Assembly (NCBI GenBank): GCA_000697335.1
Contig: JNEM01013703.1
Coordinates: forward strand, 1 to 52,986
Source of the DNA: Conidiobolus incongruus B7586
Lineage: Eukaryota
Length of the DNA stretch: 52,986 bases
Direction of reading: 5' to 3'
The number at the start of each line of letters is the position of its first letter. Positions within the stretch are counted from its first letter, which is position 1. Shown in pieces: positions 1 to 14,894 of this stretch. Position numbers and translations under genes: made by a program. Below the pieces are notes generated by a model. It was not told the DNA's origin, did not search any database, and worked only from the letters and a program-made list of their open reading frames with translations.

Positions 1-2130
1 ATATAGTTTGAGAAAATAAATAAACTATATATAATTATTTTTAAAATTAATATTAAGTTTAAAAAGTCAATTAATAAGTAATTTATAATTTTTTTAATTT
101 AAACTCAAAATAACGTTTAAATATATATATATTAATAGCTATATTTAAATTAATTCTAAATATATTAAACTGATTATAAAATATTTATAAAGGTAAAAGA
201 CTATAAAGTTAGCTCAATACATGATTTCAAATTTCCAATTATTTGATGAATAAATATATCAAACTATGGATTCAATATTTAATTAAATTTCATTTTATTC
301 AAACAAAATTAAAGTATAATTAAGATGAAAAACAAATATATCGCAATTGAAATTTAAAGTCAAAAAATTTAATTAATAAAGAAATTAGATTATATTTTAA
401 TTCTGTATTATAAAATAAGGGTGTAGCTCTAAAGATAAATTATAGAAAGCTATAGAAAGGGGTTAAGAGATTACTAATATTATTAAGAACTGCGATATTT
501 GAAATAAAGAAAGTTATTGATAGTTCAATTGATAATATTTTTATTATAGCTTATTTTATTAAATATAAAAATTCAAATTTAATAAACAAAATTTTTATAT
601 TAATTTGTATAATAATATTAGATAATAAATAAAAATATTTTATTAATATGTTAAATTAATATATTATTAATTAAATTTAAATTTTATAGCTCTGAATAAT
701 ACTCAATTTAAAAATAATTAAATTAAAAAATTATTAATTTGTATAAATTTATATAATAATAATAATTCATATTAATAACTAATTAAAATCGTGAACTGGA
801 ATAATTCAAGTAATCAAATTCATTGCTAAGAGATTTAAATCGTGTAATAAAAGTTGAAAACTTGATAGTTTTTAAAATCATGATTTAGCTTGATAATAAT
901 ATGAAATACTTTGTAACCAATTGAAATAATTCTATTCACAATATCCTTGATAAAGTGATTATTTTGATTAACAATTGATTTAAGATTTTAAACTTATTTA
1001 TTCTTCAATCATTAATATAATTAATGAGTAATTCATGAAAGTTTATAATATCATAGTTTTAATTAATTTATTAGTTAATTTAATTATATATTATATTAAG
1101 GAAAGAATTAATGAACTAACATTTATTAACACAATAAAAATTTTTATTTAGAAATATTACCATATGTGACAAAATCAAGAATTGATTTAAAACATTTCAA
1201 AGAGAAGTAACATATTATTAAAAATGCTCCTTTTGTTATGTTCTGAGTATATTTATGGGGTATACTTTTGATATTATCAACATCTTAATAATTATGGTAG
1301 ATTGATTATATTAATTTAAATATTCATTATATATTGATATTATAATTAAGATATAGTTGTTATATTTTTAGTGTGTAAGGTTTATTTTGTTATTGGAGCA
1401 ATATATATAATATTTGGAATTACACCTTCGATACGCATACAAACCACTCAAGTACCTTTAAACTAATAGTAATTATATTATAATAAAATTACTGAAAAAA
1501 TCATGAATTATTATAGTTATTCATTCAGTTATTAATTATTTGATGAAAGGGATTAGCTGCCTATTCAAATTAGCTATCATTTATGCTTTATTATGATCAT
1601 TTTTTAGAATTAATCTTATAATATTCACTTTTAGAGTAAATATTGAAAGATAATATCATATAGCAATATAAAATAAATATTTAATATATATTACCTTTAT
1701 TTTATTATATTTTGAAATCATTTGATAAATATGAATACTTGATAAACAAAAGCAGATCTTATATAAAATATAATCAAAATAATTCAAGAACTTGATAATT
1801 CTCATTTTCTGTTATTTTGTTTACCTGGATCATATTGATTTTATAGATGTAAGATTTTTATTTTAGATTTTTTTCAGCTGCTTATAAAAATTAATTTAAT
1901 GACAAGTACCAAATTAATCTTGGCATGTTATAATTCATTTTGACAAAAATTGATTAATTGAGTAAGAAGCTGTTGAATTAGAGTTATACCTTTATTGTGG
2001 TTGATTTAATCATTAAACAACATCAAAATCAAATTTATACCATATCACTTACTAAAAAATGATAATAATATTCATTATTTCAATAGTTTGAAAAAAGGTA
2101 TATTCACTTGTCCTAAATATCTCATTACTA

Positions 2131-2177
<47 letters not shown>
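2131..2177. repeat. (AAT)15 microsatellite
   Basis: Perfect AAT run read directly from the sequence. Confidence 0.95.
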
Positions 2178-2180
<3 letters not shown>

Positions 2181-3830
2181 TTAATGATTTTTATTAAAAA
2201 TTTAAAAACTCAATAGCATTTATATATTATAACTTCCATTTTGAAGATTATATTATTTGCTTTATAAAACTTAATTCAAAAATATGGTAAATTGAACTCA
2301 TATTTTGAAATATCAAAATATATTATATTGGCTTATATTGTAATATGATTTAATCATGATATTTTATAGATTATTCTGAAAATTTTAAACTTTAAATTGA
2401 TCAGAAATACATTCCAAATTAAATTGAGTAATAATAATAACTTTAAATTAATTTAGTTTTTATCATTTTTATTTAAATATAAAAATTTAGAATCAGTTTA
2501 ATTTTAAAATTGTTAAAAAAATGATCTTATTGGAAGATCAGAGACATTTTGTGATATTGCCAAGCATTGATGTGAAAATTATAATAAGATAAAATTAACT
2601 CTAATCTTACTACGCAAATTAATTATTTTAAATTTGAAAATAAATTTTAGTAATATGAGATTTAGATAGTAAGCATAGAAAGAATTAAAAAGATTAATAT
2701 AAATAATTCCAATTATGTAATTTATATAGTTTAAATAATTCTATTAAAGCTTGTGCAAAATTGATGAAAGCTTGGGATAAAATTATATTGGAAAAAATGC
2801 CTAATTTCAATTGGTATTAATGAGTTAAAATTCAGAATTTCTAAAATTGACTAATGAAAATTTAAGGATGATTTCTAATTTTTTTAATGAATGATAATTT
2901 AATAATATAGAATATTCTGGATATTATATTCTTTTTAACTATATTATTATTATACCAGTTACCACTTACAATTGACAATATGATTTTGATACTTTGAAAT
3001 TAATTTTTATATTGAATTTTGTTATATATTCATATTATCCTTGTATATATTTGGGAATATATCCTTATGTTTGAAAAATTAGTCTGAAATTAAATTAAAA
3101 ATGCAAAATTTGAAAGAGGTTATATGAGAATAAGGGAATGATAAATGGCCAAGATAACAATTACTAGTGTAATTACTTTAACATCATTAAAGCTTTTAAA
3201 TTTCTCCAATTATGGTTATTATAAAAATAATAATAATAATAATATCAATTGAAAGAGAATTAATTGGTTGATTGATGAGGTTTCAGAGCTGAGTGACAAA
3301 ATTTTAATAATAAAACGTTTCTTTATGAAATGAGTATGATTCGTTTAATGATATCTATAAAGTGATACTAGTGTATTGTTTAGATCCAGAGATATGTTGT
3401 TTCAGAGTTGTAGCTAAGATTATTTATTAATAGTACTTTATAACTTTGATGATATAACTTGTTTTGAAAATCAAGGGCTTAATAAAGATTGATATTTTAA
3501 TTAAACAAAGCTTAGCAAACCTGGGGAAGTATTGAATCCACCCGATTCAATTCATGATAAAACCATGTTATTTAACTGGCTTATTATGGGTTGACCCAAT
3601 TTACGCATGATTGTTTTGTTTCAATCCTGTTATATTATGAATTATATTTAATGGAACTGATGATGAGTATTTGGTAATATATAAATCATTGTTAAACTGT
3701 ATGAATGGTTGAACAGTTTGCATTTTCGTTTTTATATTCATTAAATAATATTTAATTTTCACTTTTTGTAGTATATATACATATATATATTAGTAATATT
3801 TTTGTATCAATTTTGCATTTATTATATAAA

Positions 3831-3835
<5 letters not shown>

Positions 3836-3862
<27 letters not shown>
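3836..3862. repeat. (TA)n microsatellite just upstream of the PLD start codon
   Basis: About 13 TA units ending 17 nt before ATG 3880. Confidence 0.9.
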
Positions 3863-3863
<1 letters not shown>

Positions 3864-3879
3864 TCATAAATATCCCTAA

Positions 3880-6800
3880 ATGTCTTCCAAAAAATCAATT
3901 GATTCTTCAAATCCCCAACCTCTTACTATTACAGAAAATTTTACCAAAAGTGATGAAAATTCATCACTGCATTCTCTACCTGTAACAACCAAAACAAAGC
4001 AACCAATACCGTGTATTTTAAGAGCAGAGCCTAGTAATGATAGTCCAAAAATATCAACTACCGATTTAAGTCCAGAACTTACTCTACTTCGTACTCATTC
4101 TAGAGACACTTCCTCACATTCGGGAATGGAGAGTAACGGATGTAATAGTTCGATTAAAACTAAAAATACTCCTTTATTAAAAAATTTTTCAGTGGAAGGT
4201 AATAATTAAACAAACCTAAAATAAATGAAATATATTTATAAATTTTAGAATTTGTTGATTCCCCTAATACTTTAATTGCTTCACCTTCAGAATCAGCTGG
4301 TCCTTCAACTTTTCCACTATCTCAAAAGCGACTCAGATCCATATTTAGAACAGCTATGTTTACCAATTCATTAGCAAATGAAAGGAATTGGAAGACACCC
4401 CATCAAGGACCTGAACATTTAAAGTCAAATCCTTTCCCTTTAATTGGTTCAGCTGTCTTAGTACCTCACTTTTGGTTCAATTTATATAAAGGAAAGCATT
4501 CGGTAAATTTTTTAACTACCTACATAAATATTATATACTAATTTTCTTTAATTTATTTAGCCGCCTGTTATTTTTGAAGCAATTAAAGTAAAATTAATTA
4601 TATATTACACATTTTACCATATATTTATCTATTTTTTTAGTTAACAATTACTGATTCCGAAGTTGAGCCACAGCCTGATGAAATCAGACCAGTAAGATTT
4701 GTATTTCGTATCGAACTGGAGTATGGATTATGCAAATGGGTTATTTACCGCAAAATGTACGACTTGTTAAAACTTCATTCTCTGCTTAAAACCCATGCTT
4801 TCCAAGGGAAATTACCCAAAATTCCCAAATTCCCAAGCCAGTGGACGTATGCGATTCAAAAGGTCAAAAATAGAAATAATGAAGCAATGATCAAATTAGC
4901 CTTGGAGAGAAGAATGGCAATGCAGGATTATCTGAGAAAAGTCTTACTTCAGCTAAATATGTATCATTGCTCTGAGTTATGTGAGTTTTTAGAGATCAGT
5001 GGTTGTAGTATTAAGGAAAAAATGGGGTGGAAGGGCAGAGAAGGATTTATGGAAATGAAAACAACCAAATTATGGAAATTCAATTGTATTCCAGTTATTT
5101 TTGGTAGATGGAAGTCAAATTGGGTCATTATAAGAGATTCTTATTTAATGGTTGTACAAGATATCCATGATTTGAATCCCTCCAAAGTTTATCTATTCAA
5201 CAGCTTTACCTCTCTTGATGAAGTTTACAACCGCTCAATGAACCCTTTGAGAGAATATCAAATTGCTGTTCAGGACACTATGCATCGAATTGATCTTCGT
5301 GGTGATAGTCGAAGACAATTAGAAGATATGGTTGCACAGTTGAAAATGATATTCAAAAATTCACCATGGTGTAAATCGCATAGATTTGGTTCATATGCTC
5401 CTATTAGGTCTGGTGTAAAAATGAAATGGTATATTGACAGTGCTGGATATTTCCATGATGTTTGCGAAGCGATACTTCATGCAAAAAAGTGCATATACAT
5501 TGCTGATTGGTGGTTGAGCCCTGAATTCCATCTAAGGAGACCACCATCACAATACCCTGAATATCGAATAGACAGATTACTGCAGAAAAAGGCCAGAGAA
5601 GGAGTAATGATTTATATTGCACTATTTAAGGAATTAACCGTGTCCTTACCAAATAACTCAGCTCACACCAAATCATCCCTTAAAAAATTACATCCCAACA
5701 TCAAGGTACAGCGTCATCCCGATCATATTCAATCAGGCACATTCTTCTGGGCCCATCATGAAAAAATAGTCGTAGTCGATAATGAAATAGGATTCTTAGG
5801 TGGGTTGGATATCTGTTTTGGTAGATTTGACGATCCAACTCATCGACTATCAGATTTTCGCCCAAACAACCCGAATAAGGAAGATGTGATGTGGCCTGGT
5901 CAAGATTATACCAATCCCAGATTGAGAGATCATGTCAATGTAGAAAAATACAAAATGGATTTAATTGATCGCAAACAATATGCACGAATGCCTTGGCATG
6001 ACATTTCAGTATCTGTTACAGGTGTGGGTGCTAGGGATTTAGCAAGGCACTTTATTCAGAGATGGAACTTTATTAAATCTTCTAAAGCCAAATTCCGCTC
6101 CCACATACCCTATCTCTTACCCGAGGGTGAATACGCCAGAGATCGAGATAATCACCTTGAAGGAACTGGTAGTTGTAAGATACAAATGATTCGCTCTTCT
6201 GCTGAATGGAGCTCCGGAATTCAAAAAGAGCAGAGTATTTATAACGCATATATCACTGCCATCCAAGAATCAAAGCATTTTATCTATATTGAAAATCAAT
6301 TTTTTGTCACCAAGTGCACTGATGATCCACATAGTTTGAGTCCTATTCGAAACCAAATAGGGTTAGCTTTAGTTGAGCGTATTAAGAGGGCTCACTATGA
6401 AAACACTCCTTTCTTTGTTATTGTCATTATCCCACTGATGCCTGCTTTTGCTAATGAGATCCATGCAAACGATGCCAATGTTATTAGACTAATTATGCAT
6501 GGTCAATATATTTCAATATCTAGGGGAGGTCAATCCCTCTGCGAGGAGTTAAGTAAAGCAGGAATTGATCCCAACCAATACATTCGATTTTATGGCTTAA
6601 GGTGCTTCGACCTTATTCCTATGAGTCATCAGAATATTCCTTTAACAGTTACCTACATGAAAGATTTAGATACTAACCAACCTCTTGAATTGCCTAATGC
6701 CAATGGCAGTTCTAGCGAGTCAACTGATGACCATACAGCCATTCAAAATCCATCCTATCCCATCACCCCAGCAGCTTCTGCTGTTGATTTGGCTTCTGAT

Positions 6801-8033
6801 TCCGAAACTGATAGTTCTGACGAAGAGATCGAGAATGACAGTATTATCCCCCAAGCATTCAAAGACCAACTGAAAAGACTATCAAGAGTCAAATTCAATC
6901 TCAAATACCCGAACAAGGATAAAATTGAAGCACTGCCTACTATAAGCCAATCCAATCCAGATTTAACCAGGATGGATTCGAGTGAATCCGATTTTGCCAA
7001 AACCTTACCTGCATCGTGGCTCAAAAATGGCCAACACATTTCTCAACCAATGCCGACACCCACTGAACCTCTTGGTCCCATTCGTCAAAATTCTCTACCC
7101 ATAAATGTACAACAAAATAATAGTAATTATTCTTATGGTGCTACTAAAACTAATAATCATAACCCCTTCTTTCCTTCAGAAAACTGTTATGATGCTTGGG
7201 CACTTAAACATGATTCTCAGTTGCTAGCACCCAGGAGTGTCCGTCGCCAAATTCCAAACGATTGGGAAAAATATAACGCTGAGCATGGTCCTCAATATCC
7301 TTTAAATACTCCCCCCTCCCCAAGATCCACCACTAGCCATAATTCGTTCCCTCAAGCTCAATACGTGACAGAGCAAGTTTATATCCATAGTAAACTGATG
7401 ATAGTTGATGATAGAATCGTAATTTGTGGATCTGCCAATCTGAACGATCGGTCCACTAGAGGCAATCGCGATTCCGAAATTGCAGTGTATGTTGAGGATG
7501 AAGATTTGATCGATTCTACAATGGCTGAACAGCCTTTCAAAGTAGGTAAATTTGCACACTCCTTAAGAACCACGCTCTTCAAAGAGCATCTTGGTCTTCT
7601 CGATGACTTTGATGCTGATAAGTTGATGAAATGGGAGAAGTCGTCCAAATTCATCGATCCTTCAAGTGAAAGTCAATATTCCAAATCTACCACCCCTTAT
7701 GATATTGTCAAGGATCCCCTCTCTAGACTATTCAAGCAGCATTGGTTTCAAGTCTCAAACAACAATACTAAAGCTTATCGAGAGGTATTCCGATGTGTTC
7801 CTGATGATACTGTAAGGAACTGGAGCCAATACAAGGAATTTGTACCCGACTCAATGCGAGTGATCACGGGCCATCCTGATCTCACTAGAATCAATCCTCA
7901 GCAGGTGGAAGATGATTTAAGCTTAGTCAGAGGTCATCTGGTAGAATTTCCTACACGATTTTTAGAAGAGGAAAATTTGAGTGCTAATATCTTTTCAGCT
8001 GAAAATGTACTTCCATTAGAAGTATTTTTGTAA
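3880..8033 (+). CDS. PLD1: Phospholipase D1 (Spo14/PLD1 type; PX-PH-2xHKD), ~1330 aa, 4 exons
   Basis: Two HxKxxxxD motifs (HEKIVVVD ~5757-5780; HSKLMIVD ~7386-7409), plus IYIADWWLSPE, RMPWHD, IYIENQFF, GSANLNDRS and RDSEIA. PX-like FRIELEYG..KWVIYR. Predicted exons 3880-4198, 4249-4502, 4561-4587 (27-nt micro-exon) and 4641-8033; all introns GT-AG and frame-consistent. Confidence 0.96.
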
Positions 8034-11000
8034 ATTAATATATTTATTATTATTTTTTAAATAAATAATTATTAATATTTTTATATCTAATCTTTTATAA
8101 TGGAAATATTAATTTATATAGTTTTTCATATTTTAAATTAGCTATTGGTTATTTTATTCCGCATTCAATTATCCATATTTTATGAATTTAATAAAATTTA
8201 TATTAACAATTTTTCATTATTTAAATATCCGTTTATATTAATTTAATTATAATTTGATTAAGTTATAATCATTTATTTTATGAATATATATATATATATA
8301 TAATAAAATTTATACTTTGTTTTATCATTAATAAATTTTATATTTTCTGGTAAATTTTTGACATTTAAAATTTATTTTTTTATTAAAAACTAAATTTCAA
8401 TATTTTGTATACTTATTAAGTTAATTTGTACAAGTTTTAATATAAATATAATTTATAAGTTAGTTAATATATTAGATTTAGTAATTTTTTATAATTATTT
8501 TCAATTTAAAAATTTTTCATAACTTTAGTTTTAGGTGTTATATTTTTCAGGTAAATAATAAGCATCTTGAAATTATATTTAAAAATAAAAAGTTTTATTT
8601 AAGAAACAATATATAACTTATTATTAATTGATTTGCTTTTAATAACTAAATAAAAAATCATATATTTTTATAATTTAATATAACAATTACTTTTTCCTTA
8701 TCAACAAAATATTAGTTTATTAAAATTTATACAAAAGATTATATTAATTTAATATAGTTTTTTCTTTTTAAGTAAAGAATAATTAAAAATTTAAGATTCT
8801 TTAATTATAATAATTTATTAAAAAAATCTTTATAAATAATATATATATATATATATATAATTCAAGAATACTAATTCCCTTATATATTTTATATTTAATT
8901 ATTTTTTTCAAAACTAATAATATATTTGAAAAATCAGAAAATAAAAAATTTCCCATATCATCAAATTTAAGGTAATAATTAATTATTTGGCAAAATTCAC
9001 CTTGTTTAATTTTATAAAAATATATATCAATTTTTTATATAAGCTATTAAAAACCATATAAACAAATTAACCAATAAATCATTAAATTTTCAATTGATTA
9101 TTATTAATTAACCTTGGAATATTTTTTCCAAGCTGTATTTTTAAATTGATACTATGTTTTTGTATAAATTAGGATATTAATTTATGGTATTATTATTGAG
9201 TAATAAATAGTGTCTGAATAGACTCATTTTAAATTTTCAAAATATATAACATTAATTATATCTTTGATTATTTTAAACTATTATATTTTTATTAATAATT
9301 TACTAATAATATTTATTATACTATTAAATAAAATTAACAAATGATATTGATAAAATTTTAACATTGAAAAGTCAGTTATATTTATAAAAAATATGATTAT
9401 ATATTTGAGTTTTTTTTAAATAAAAATTTAACAATAAATATATATTAACAAGTTATATTATTCTTAATCATTAAACTCTTCAATCATTTATTGAATTTAT
9501 TTTTAAATAGTATAATTTTAAAACAATACAAGTATAATAACAAATTTAAATAGAATTTCTCATTTTATTTTTTTCTGACATAATTATATTAAATATTTAT
9601 TGTATATTTAAATTATTTAAACAATATAATTACTTTAACTAAATGAATTTATAAATTATTGTGTTTATATTAAACATTGAGCAATATTATATTTTGATAT
9701 TGAGAGATTTGATTTTCATTTGATATGAGTTAAATTTCAGATTATATAAATATGTATACCTATAAAAAAGTATACACAAGACAAAAGAGCGATGATAAAA
9801 TATCCAGATTTGAAGAAATATGGAAGTTTAAAGATTCAAGAAGAATTTTACTCAGAAAATACCGAAAAATTGAATAATATTAATATTGGTTATATCATTC
9901 ACTTCATTTCTATGTTTTTCAAAAAAGCGTTTAAAATTTTTGAATATAGTTGTAATATATAAAGATCCCATTTTTTATAAGTACTGCTTTTCTTTGCAAA
10001 TGAAGAATGAACTATTTATAAATATTTGTTCCAAATTCGCGAATAAACGCATTAATTAATTATTTAAGATATAGTGTTAATTATTAATGTTATTAACATC
10101 AAGAATAATTTTTAACAAAATATAATATTCAGATGTACTATTTTTTTCAAACATATATCAAATTGAAAACTAATCCAAATTTAACATTCAAATATTAATT
10201 AGATAATAATTAATTATTTGATTCATATTATCACAAATTTTATTTAGTCAAATTTGGTATTACTTATTTTTCATTAGATAATACAATATTGATCAATTAT
10301 AAATAGTCAAACCATCCTTGAAATATATGTTATGGTTTTTATAACCCAGTTAACAACCAATTTTATGTTCATATTGCTCCATAAGTAATATATTTCCATT
10401 CCACTGTTTTGAATACTAGGGTCATTTTTAATGAAAACTTGATAATATTTGATACTTTTCCATTTTTGGAAAATTTATGTACACCGATTTCAAACTATTG
10501 TATTTTTTTTCTTCAATTTAAGTAATTCAATTATCTTTTAATCTTATATAATATTTTTCTGGGATATTTCTAAAAATATAACTATTTAATTTTATAAATC
10601 TTTGTTTAAAAGAGATAAACATTATATTTATTTTAAATGATCAAAGTAAACTTTACCAGTTTAACACCCTAAACCATATACACTTCTCATTCAGATAAAT
10701 TCCAAATTTATAAAATTCATTTGAAATTTTGCTAAGCTTGCCAAGTTCATACAAATTTTACCTAGTCATAGAAATATGAATTATATCACTTTAATATTAT
10801 TTGATTGTTGTTACTTAGTCAGTGTGATAAAACATTAGCTAAGTTTCGTTGCTGTGCAATTTCATTTACCTTGGCATAATATGAATGTTGTAAAAAGAAA
10901 TATTAAATAGTGCGTGCAATTTTATGAAATATGATAATCACTAATATCAATTTAACATATACAAAATGTAATAATCCGAAATTAAGTCATTAAACCTCAA

Positions 11001-11153
11001 GTTCTATTTTACACTGAAATATTATTTGATAAACAAAAGTGGATTGAAATATAAATAACAAATGATTAATTAATTTCTTTTGTTTTTATAATTAGAAAAA
11101 ATATCTATAATTATAATTCAACTTATTTATTAATATTATTATATAAATACAAA

Positions 11154-13280
11154 ATGTCTTTAACTTTACCTAACGAGGAAGATATGATCCCTGTGGATAT
11201 TACTGCTTATTCAACTGAACATATTCCCGACAATAATTCCTCTCATAATATTTCTACTACTCAAATGAGCCCAATAGAAACGAAACAATCTAATGGATCT
11301 ACGCAGGATGCGATTGAAGAGGAGTCTAATGAACAAGTCACTTCTCCAACCATCCAAAGAGAACTTAAACTGTTTGAAAACTCATTTTGGGTAATTCAAC
11401 TTGAATTTATTGTCTATTTTATTTATATTTCAAAATAATATTATTAAATATGCGATTTTAATAATTAATTATATATATTAATATATATAGGGCAAAGATG
11501 ATCGTGGTGTTGAAGTGTTAATGACTAAAATGAGGAGATCAAAGCAAATTTCTAACGATGTCAAAAATTTATTCTCAACCAGGTAAAATTATTATCATTA
11601 TTATTATAACATGTCCATAATAAAACACTTAAATATTAAATAATATTAATATATTAGAGCTGCAATTGAGGAAGAATATGGTAAAAAATTGATGAAGTTG
11701 GCTAAACAAGAATTTTGTAGAGATGAAATAGGGTAATAAAATATATACTCCATTTATATTGGTCATCCAAAACTTAATTACATTTCTAGATCCTTGGCTA
11801 AGGGTCTTAGTCGCACTCGTACTGAACTTGAGACTACTGCTAGAGCTCATATAGATCTGAGTCAAAAAATTCGTTTAGAGCTCGAAAATCCTCTTTCCCA
11901 ATTAATTCATAAACAAAGAGAAAGAAGAAAAGAGGTGAATCTGATTACACTAATTATAATATTTTATATATTTATTTCGTTTTTTAGCAAGCATCAATCA
12001 TCGAACGTTCTTCTAAAAGTAAATCAACAAAACACTCCAATTTAATCAAGGTACGAAGTCACAATCTGTACATTATTCGATTAAATATGAATTTGAATAT
12101 TTATCAATCTAAATAAATTTAGATCAAGAGTAAATACCACTCAGAAAAAGCCAAAGCTGACGGATTGGAGCAAATCATTAACTCTTTATCTGGCAAAGAT
12201 TTAGAAAAAGCTCAAATTAGATTAGATAGAGTTAAACAATTGAGTAAGTAATCTAATATTTAGTGAATTATAATAGCATTTAATACCAGAAATTTAGAGC
12301 AAGAGTATGAACAATTAGCTGTTGAGCTACAGGAAGTAACTAGAATATGGCAGCATGATTGGAGAGTCGCTTGTAGAGAGTTTCAAGAATTAGAGGAGCA
12401 ACGGATTGATTTTTTGAAGAAGATTTTATGGGAATATGTTAATGTCCTCTCAGCCACCTGTGTTCAAGATGATGAAGCCTATGAGAGAGTTCGACAAGCT
12501 CTCCAAGGAGTCAACAGAGTCAATGATTTACAAGATTTCATTGAAGAGAGGGGTACTGGTACCGACCCTGATTTTGAAGTAGATGGTTCGCCAATTAATG
12601 AAATTCCTACTCTTGAAAGCCCATTACCTGAAGAGCACCATAGCTCATTTAGTCTTCACAAACCAGTTGGACTTTTCAAAAAAGCTTTCAATCGACCTCA
12701 TAGCTTTGGATCGCATTTTAGCTCCTCCTCTTCCTCTCATAATTATTCATCTACTTTAGGCGGAAACTCGAATTTTTCTCAATCTGATCTGAAAAGCTCA
12801 TCAGCCGAAGCAAATGTCAAGTCAACTAACCCAATTCCATCTTCCAGTTCAAACCTCAATATCTCAAATTCATCTGCTACTGCTCCAACAAACTCTTCTA
12901 CTTCATTTGCACAAAGTTCTTACAACAAATCCACTACAAACGCGGCTGGAGATTCTACTACATCATTTGTCCAACCAGAATATGGTCATAATTATTCAAC
13001 TACATCTGTTAATTCTATTTCACAAGCTGCAGGACCCCCTTCACCACCTTATTCCAACGATATACCACCTATTAATTTGACTACCCAGTCTCTTTTCCAA
13101 GTACAAGCTATTTATGATTACCAAAAAGAAGCTCCCGAAGAGATCAGTATTTATAAAGGACAAACAATCAGTGTTTTAGTTACTCATGATGATGGGTGGT
13201 GGGAAGGTGAGACCACTGATCCTAGCACGGGTCAAATTGTTAGAGGTATGTTCCCCAGTAATTTCACTGTAAGAGTATGA
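11154..13280 (+). CDS. F-BAR domain + C-terminal SH3 protein (Cdc15/Hof1/Imp2, PSTPIP-like), 7 exons
   Basis: Spliced product gives F-BAR hallmarks FENSFW/GKDDRGVEVL, RAAIEEEYGKKLMKLAK and FQELEEQRIDFLKKILWEYVN, a Ser-rich linker, and an SH3 (AIYDY..EISIYKG..DDGWWEG..GMFPSNF). Exons 11154-11390, 11491-11582, 11658-11732, 11790-11934, 11988-12050, 12123-~12243 and ~12298-13280; the last intron boundaries are ambiguous. Confidence 0.9.
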
Positions 13281-13967
13281 TATATCAGTTTGGTATCCGT
13301 TTCTTATTCTTTATTTTTTTTTGTTTCAATTTATATAATAATTAAATAATATTCATGTGTAAAATGCTAATATATTATGTGAATAAAATTTTAATTCTTT
13401 TTATTATATCATTTTAATTCAATTTCAGTTCATTTAATCACTTTTGATTATTACTAAATCTTTAACTTGGAATCTTTCAAAATAAAATATTTAGACTGTT
13501 ACATTGAACTTTTGGCAGTTAATAGAGCATTGCCAAATTTAATTGAGGATTATATAACAAAATGGTTAAAATAATAAAATCAATTTTGCAAAATTCAAAT
13601 TAAAATAAATTCAATATTTTATAGAATACAATAATGATGTTCTAATGTATAATCCGTTAATATTAATACGCTAGTTCATTATTAAAAATTTATCATAATT
13701 ATTAAGGTTTTTAATATAAAACATAATTCAACATTAAATTATGAGAATTACATTAAATAAGATATTAAAATTATTTATCAAAAACAATCGCCCTATATAT
13801 ACGATCTTAATTTATGATTAAAAATTAATAAAAAATATTAAAAGTATTAGTTGAATACAGTGACCTAGGTATATATAGTTATTATTCAAATCATGTATAT
13901 ATAATTGGTAGATATAAATGATAAATTTATCAATATTATTATGTAATCAAAAATAAACTAAATATAA

Positions 13968-14894
13968 TTAAGGGTCAGTGTCCATAGCAGTATCATCAGC
14001 CTGTTCTCGTTCGTTCGATCTGCCTAAAAAGTCCAACATATTCAAATAGGGAGAAACTGCTTCACCATCCAAAATAGTAAATGGGGTATCTTGACCAACA
14101 TAACCAATTGAGCAATTTTCAATACTTAATTGATTCTCTTGTTGCAAAGTATCACGTAAAGCGGTTAAACCATGCTTGATTAATTCATCAAGGGAACAAT
14201 CTGGGAAAGATTCGAAGTGATTTTCTAAATATGTCTTGGCGGATTGGGATCTGGAGCCAATGCTCATGGCATAATATTCAAAATTGTTACCAGATGGATT
14301 ACAGTCGAAGAGGTGAGGACCTGTCTCATCGTATCCAATGACTAATAATCCAACACCATAAGGTCTACGACCGTAATTTTGAGTATTCACTTGAGCCTTA
14401 TCAGCTAATAAACCAACAATTCGAGATACTGGTAATGGACGATTGTAAATCATTCTTGAGCGCATGCTTTCAGTTCTCATAAAATGACTAAAAATATATA
14501 TTAAAATAAGAGGCTTTTAAGTTTAACAAAGTAATATTTACCTTAGTACTCTAGCATCAGAAGTTAAACCAGCAATAGCAATTCCAAGATGATCGTCAAT
14601 TCTAATTAATTTCTTTTGATAAGAAGCTAATTCACCACTAGAACGCTATGATTAAGGATTAGAATAGAGAAATATGTTTGGAAATAAAACTCACTTTGAG
14701 ACCTAAGAGAACAGCATGAGTTTTGCTCCTTAAACCGACAACAGCGGACCCTTGCTTGACAGCTTCCATAGCGTATTCAATTTGGTAAATACGACCTTGA
14801 GGACTCCAAGTGGAGACATCACTATCATATTGATTTTGAAACTAGAAAATAATGAGATAGTTGAAAAAATAATATGTAGCATAATTTATACCAT
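13968..14894 (-). CDS. PRE5: 20S proteasome subunit alpha-6 (PSMA1 orthologue), ~257 aa, 4 exons
   Basis: Spliced N-terminus [32 protein letters not shown], then [26 protein letters not shown] and [14 protein letters not shown]. Exons 14894-14892 (ATG only), 14841-14695, 14645-14542, 14487-13968. Confidence 0.96.
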
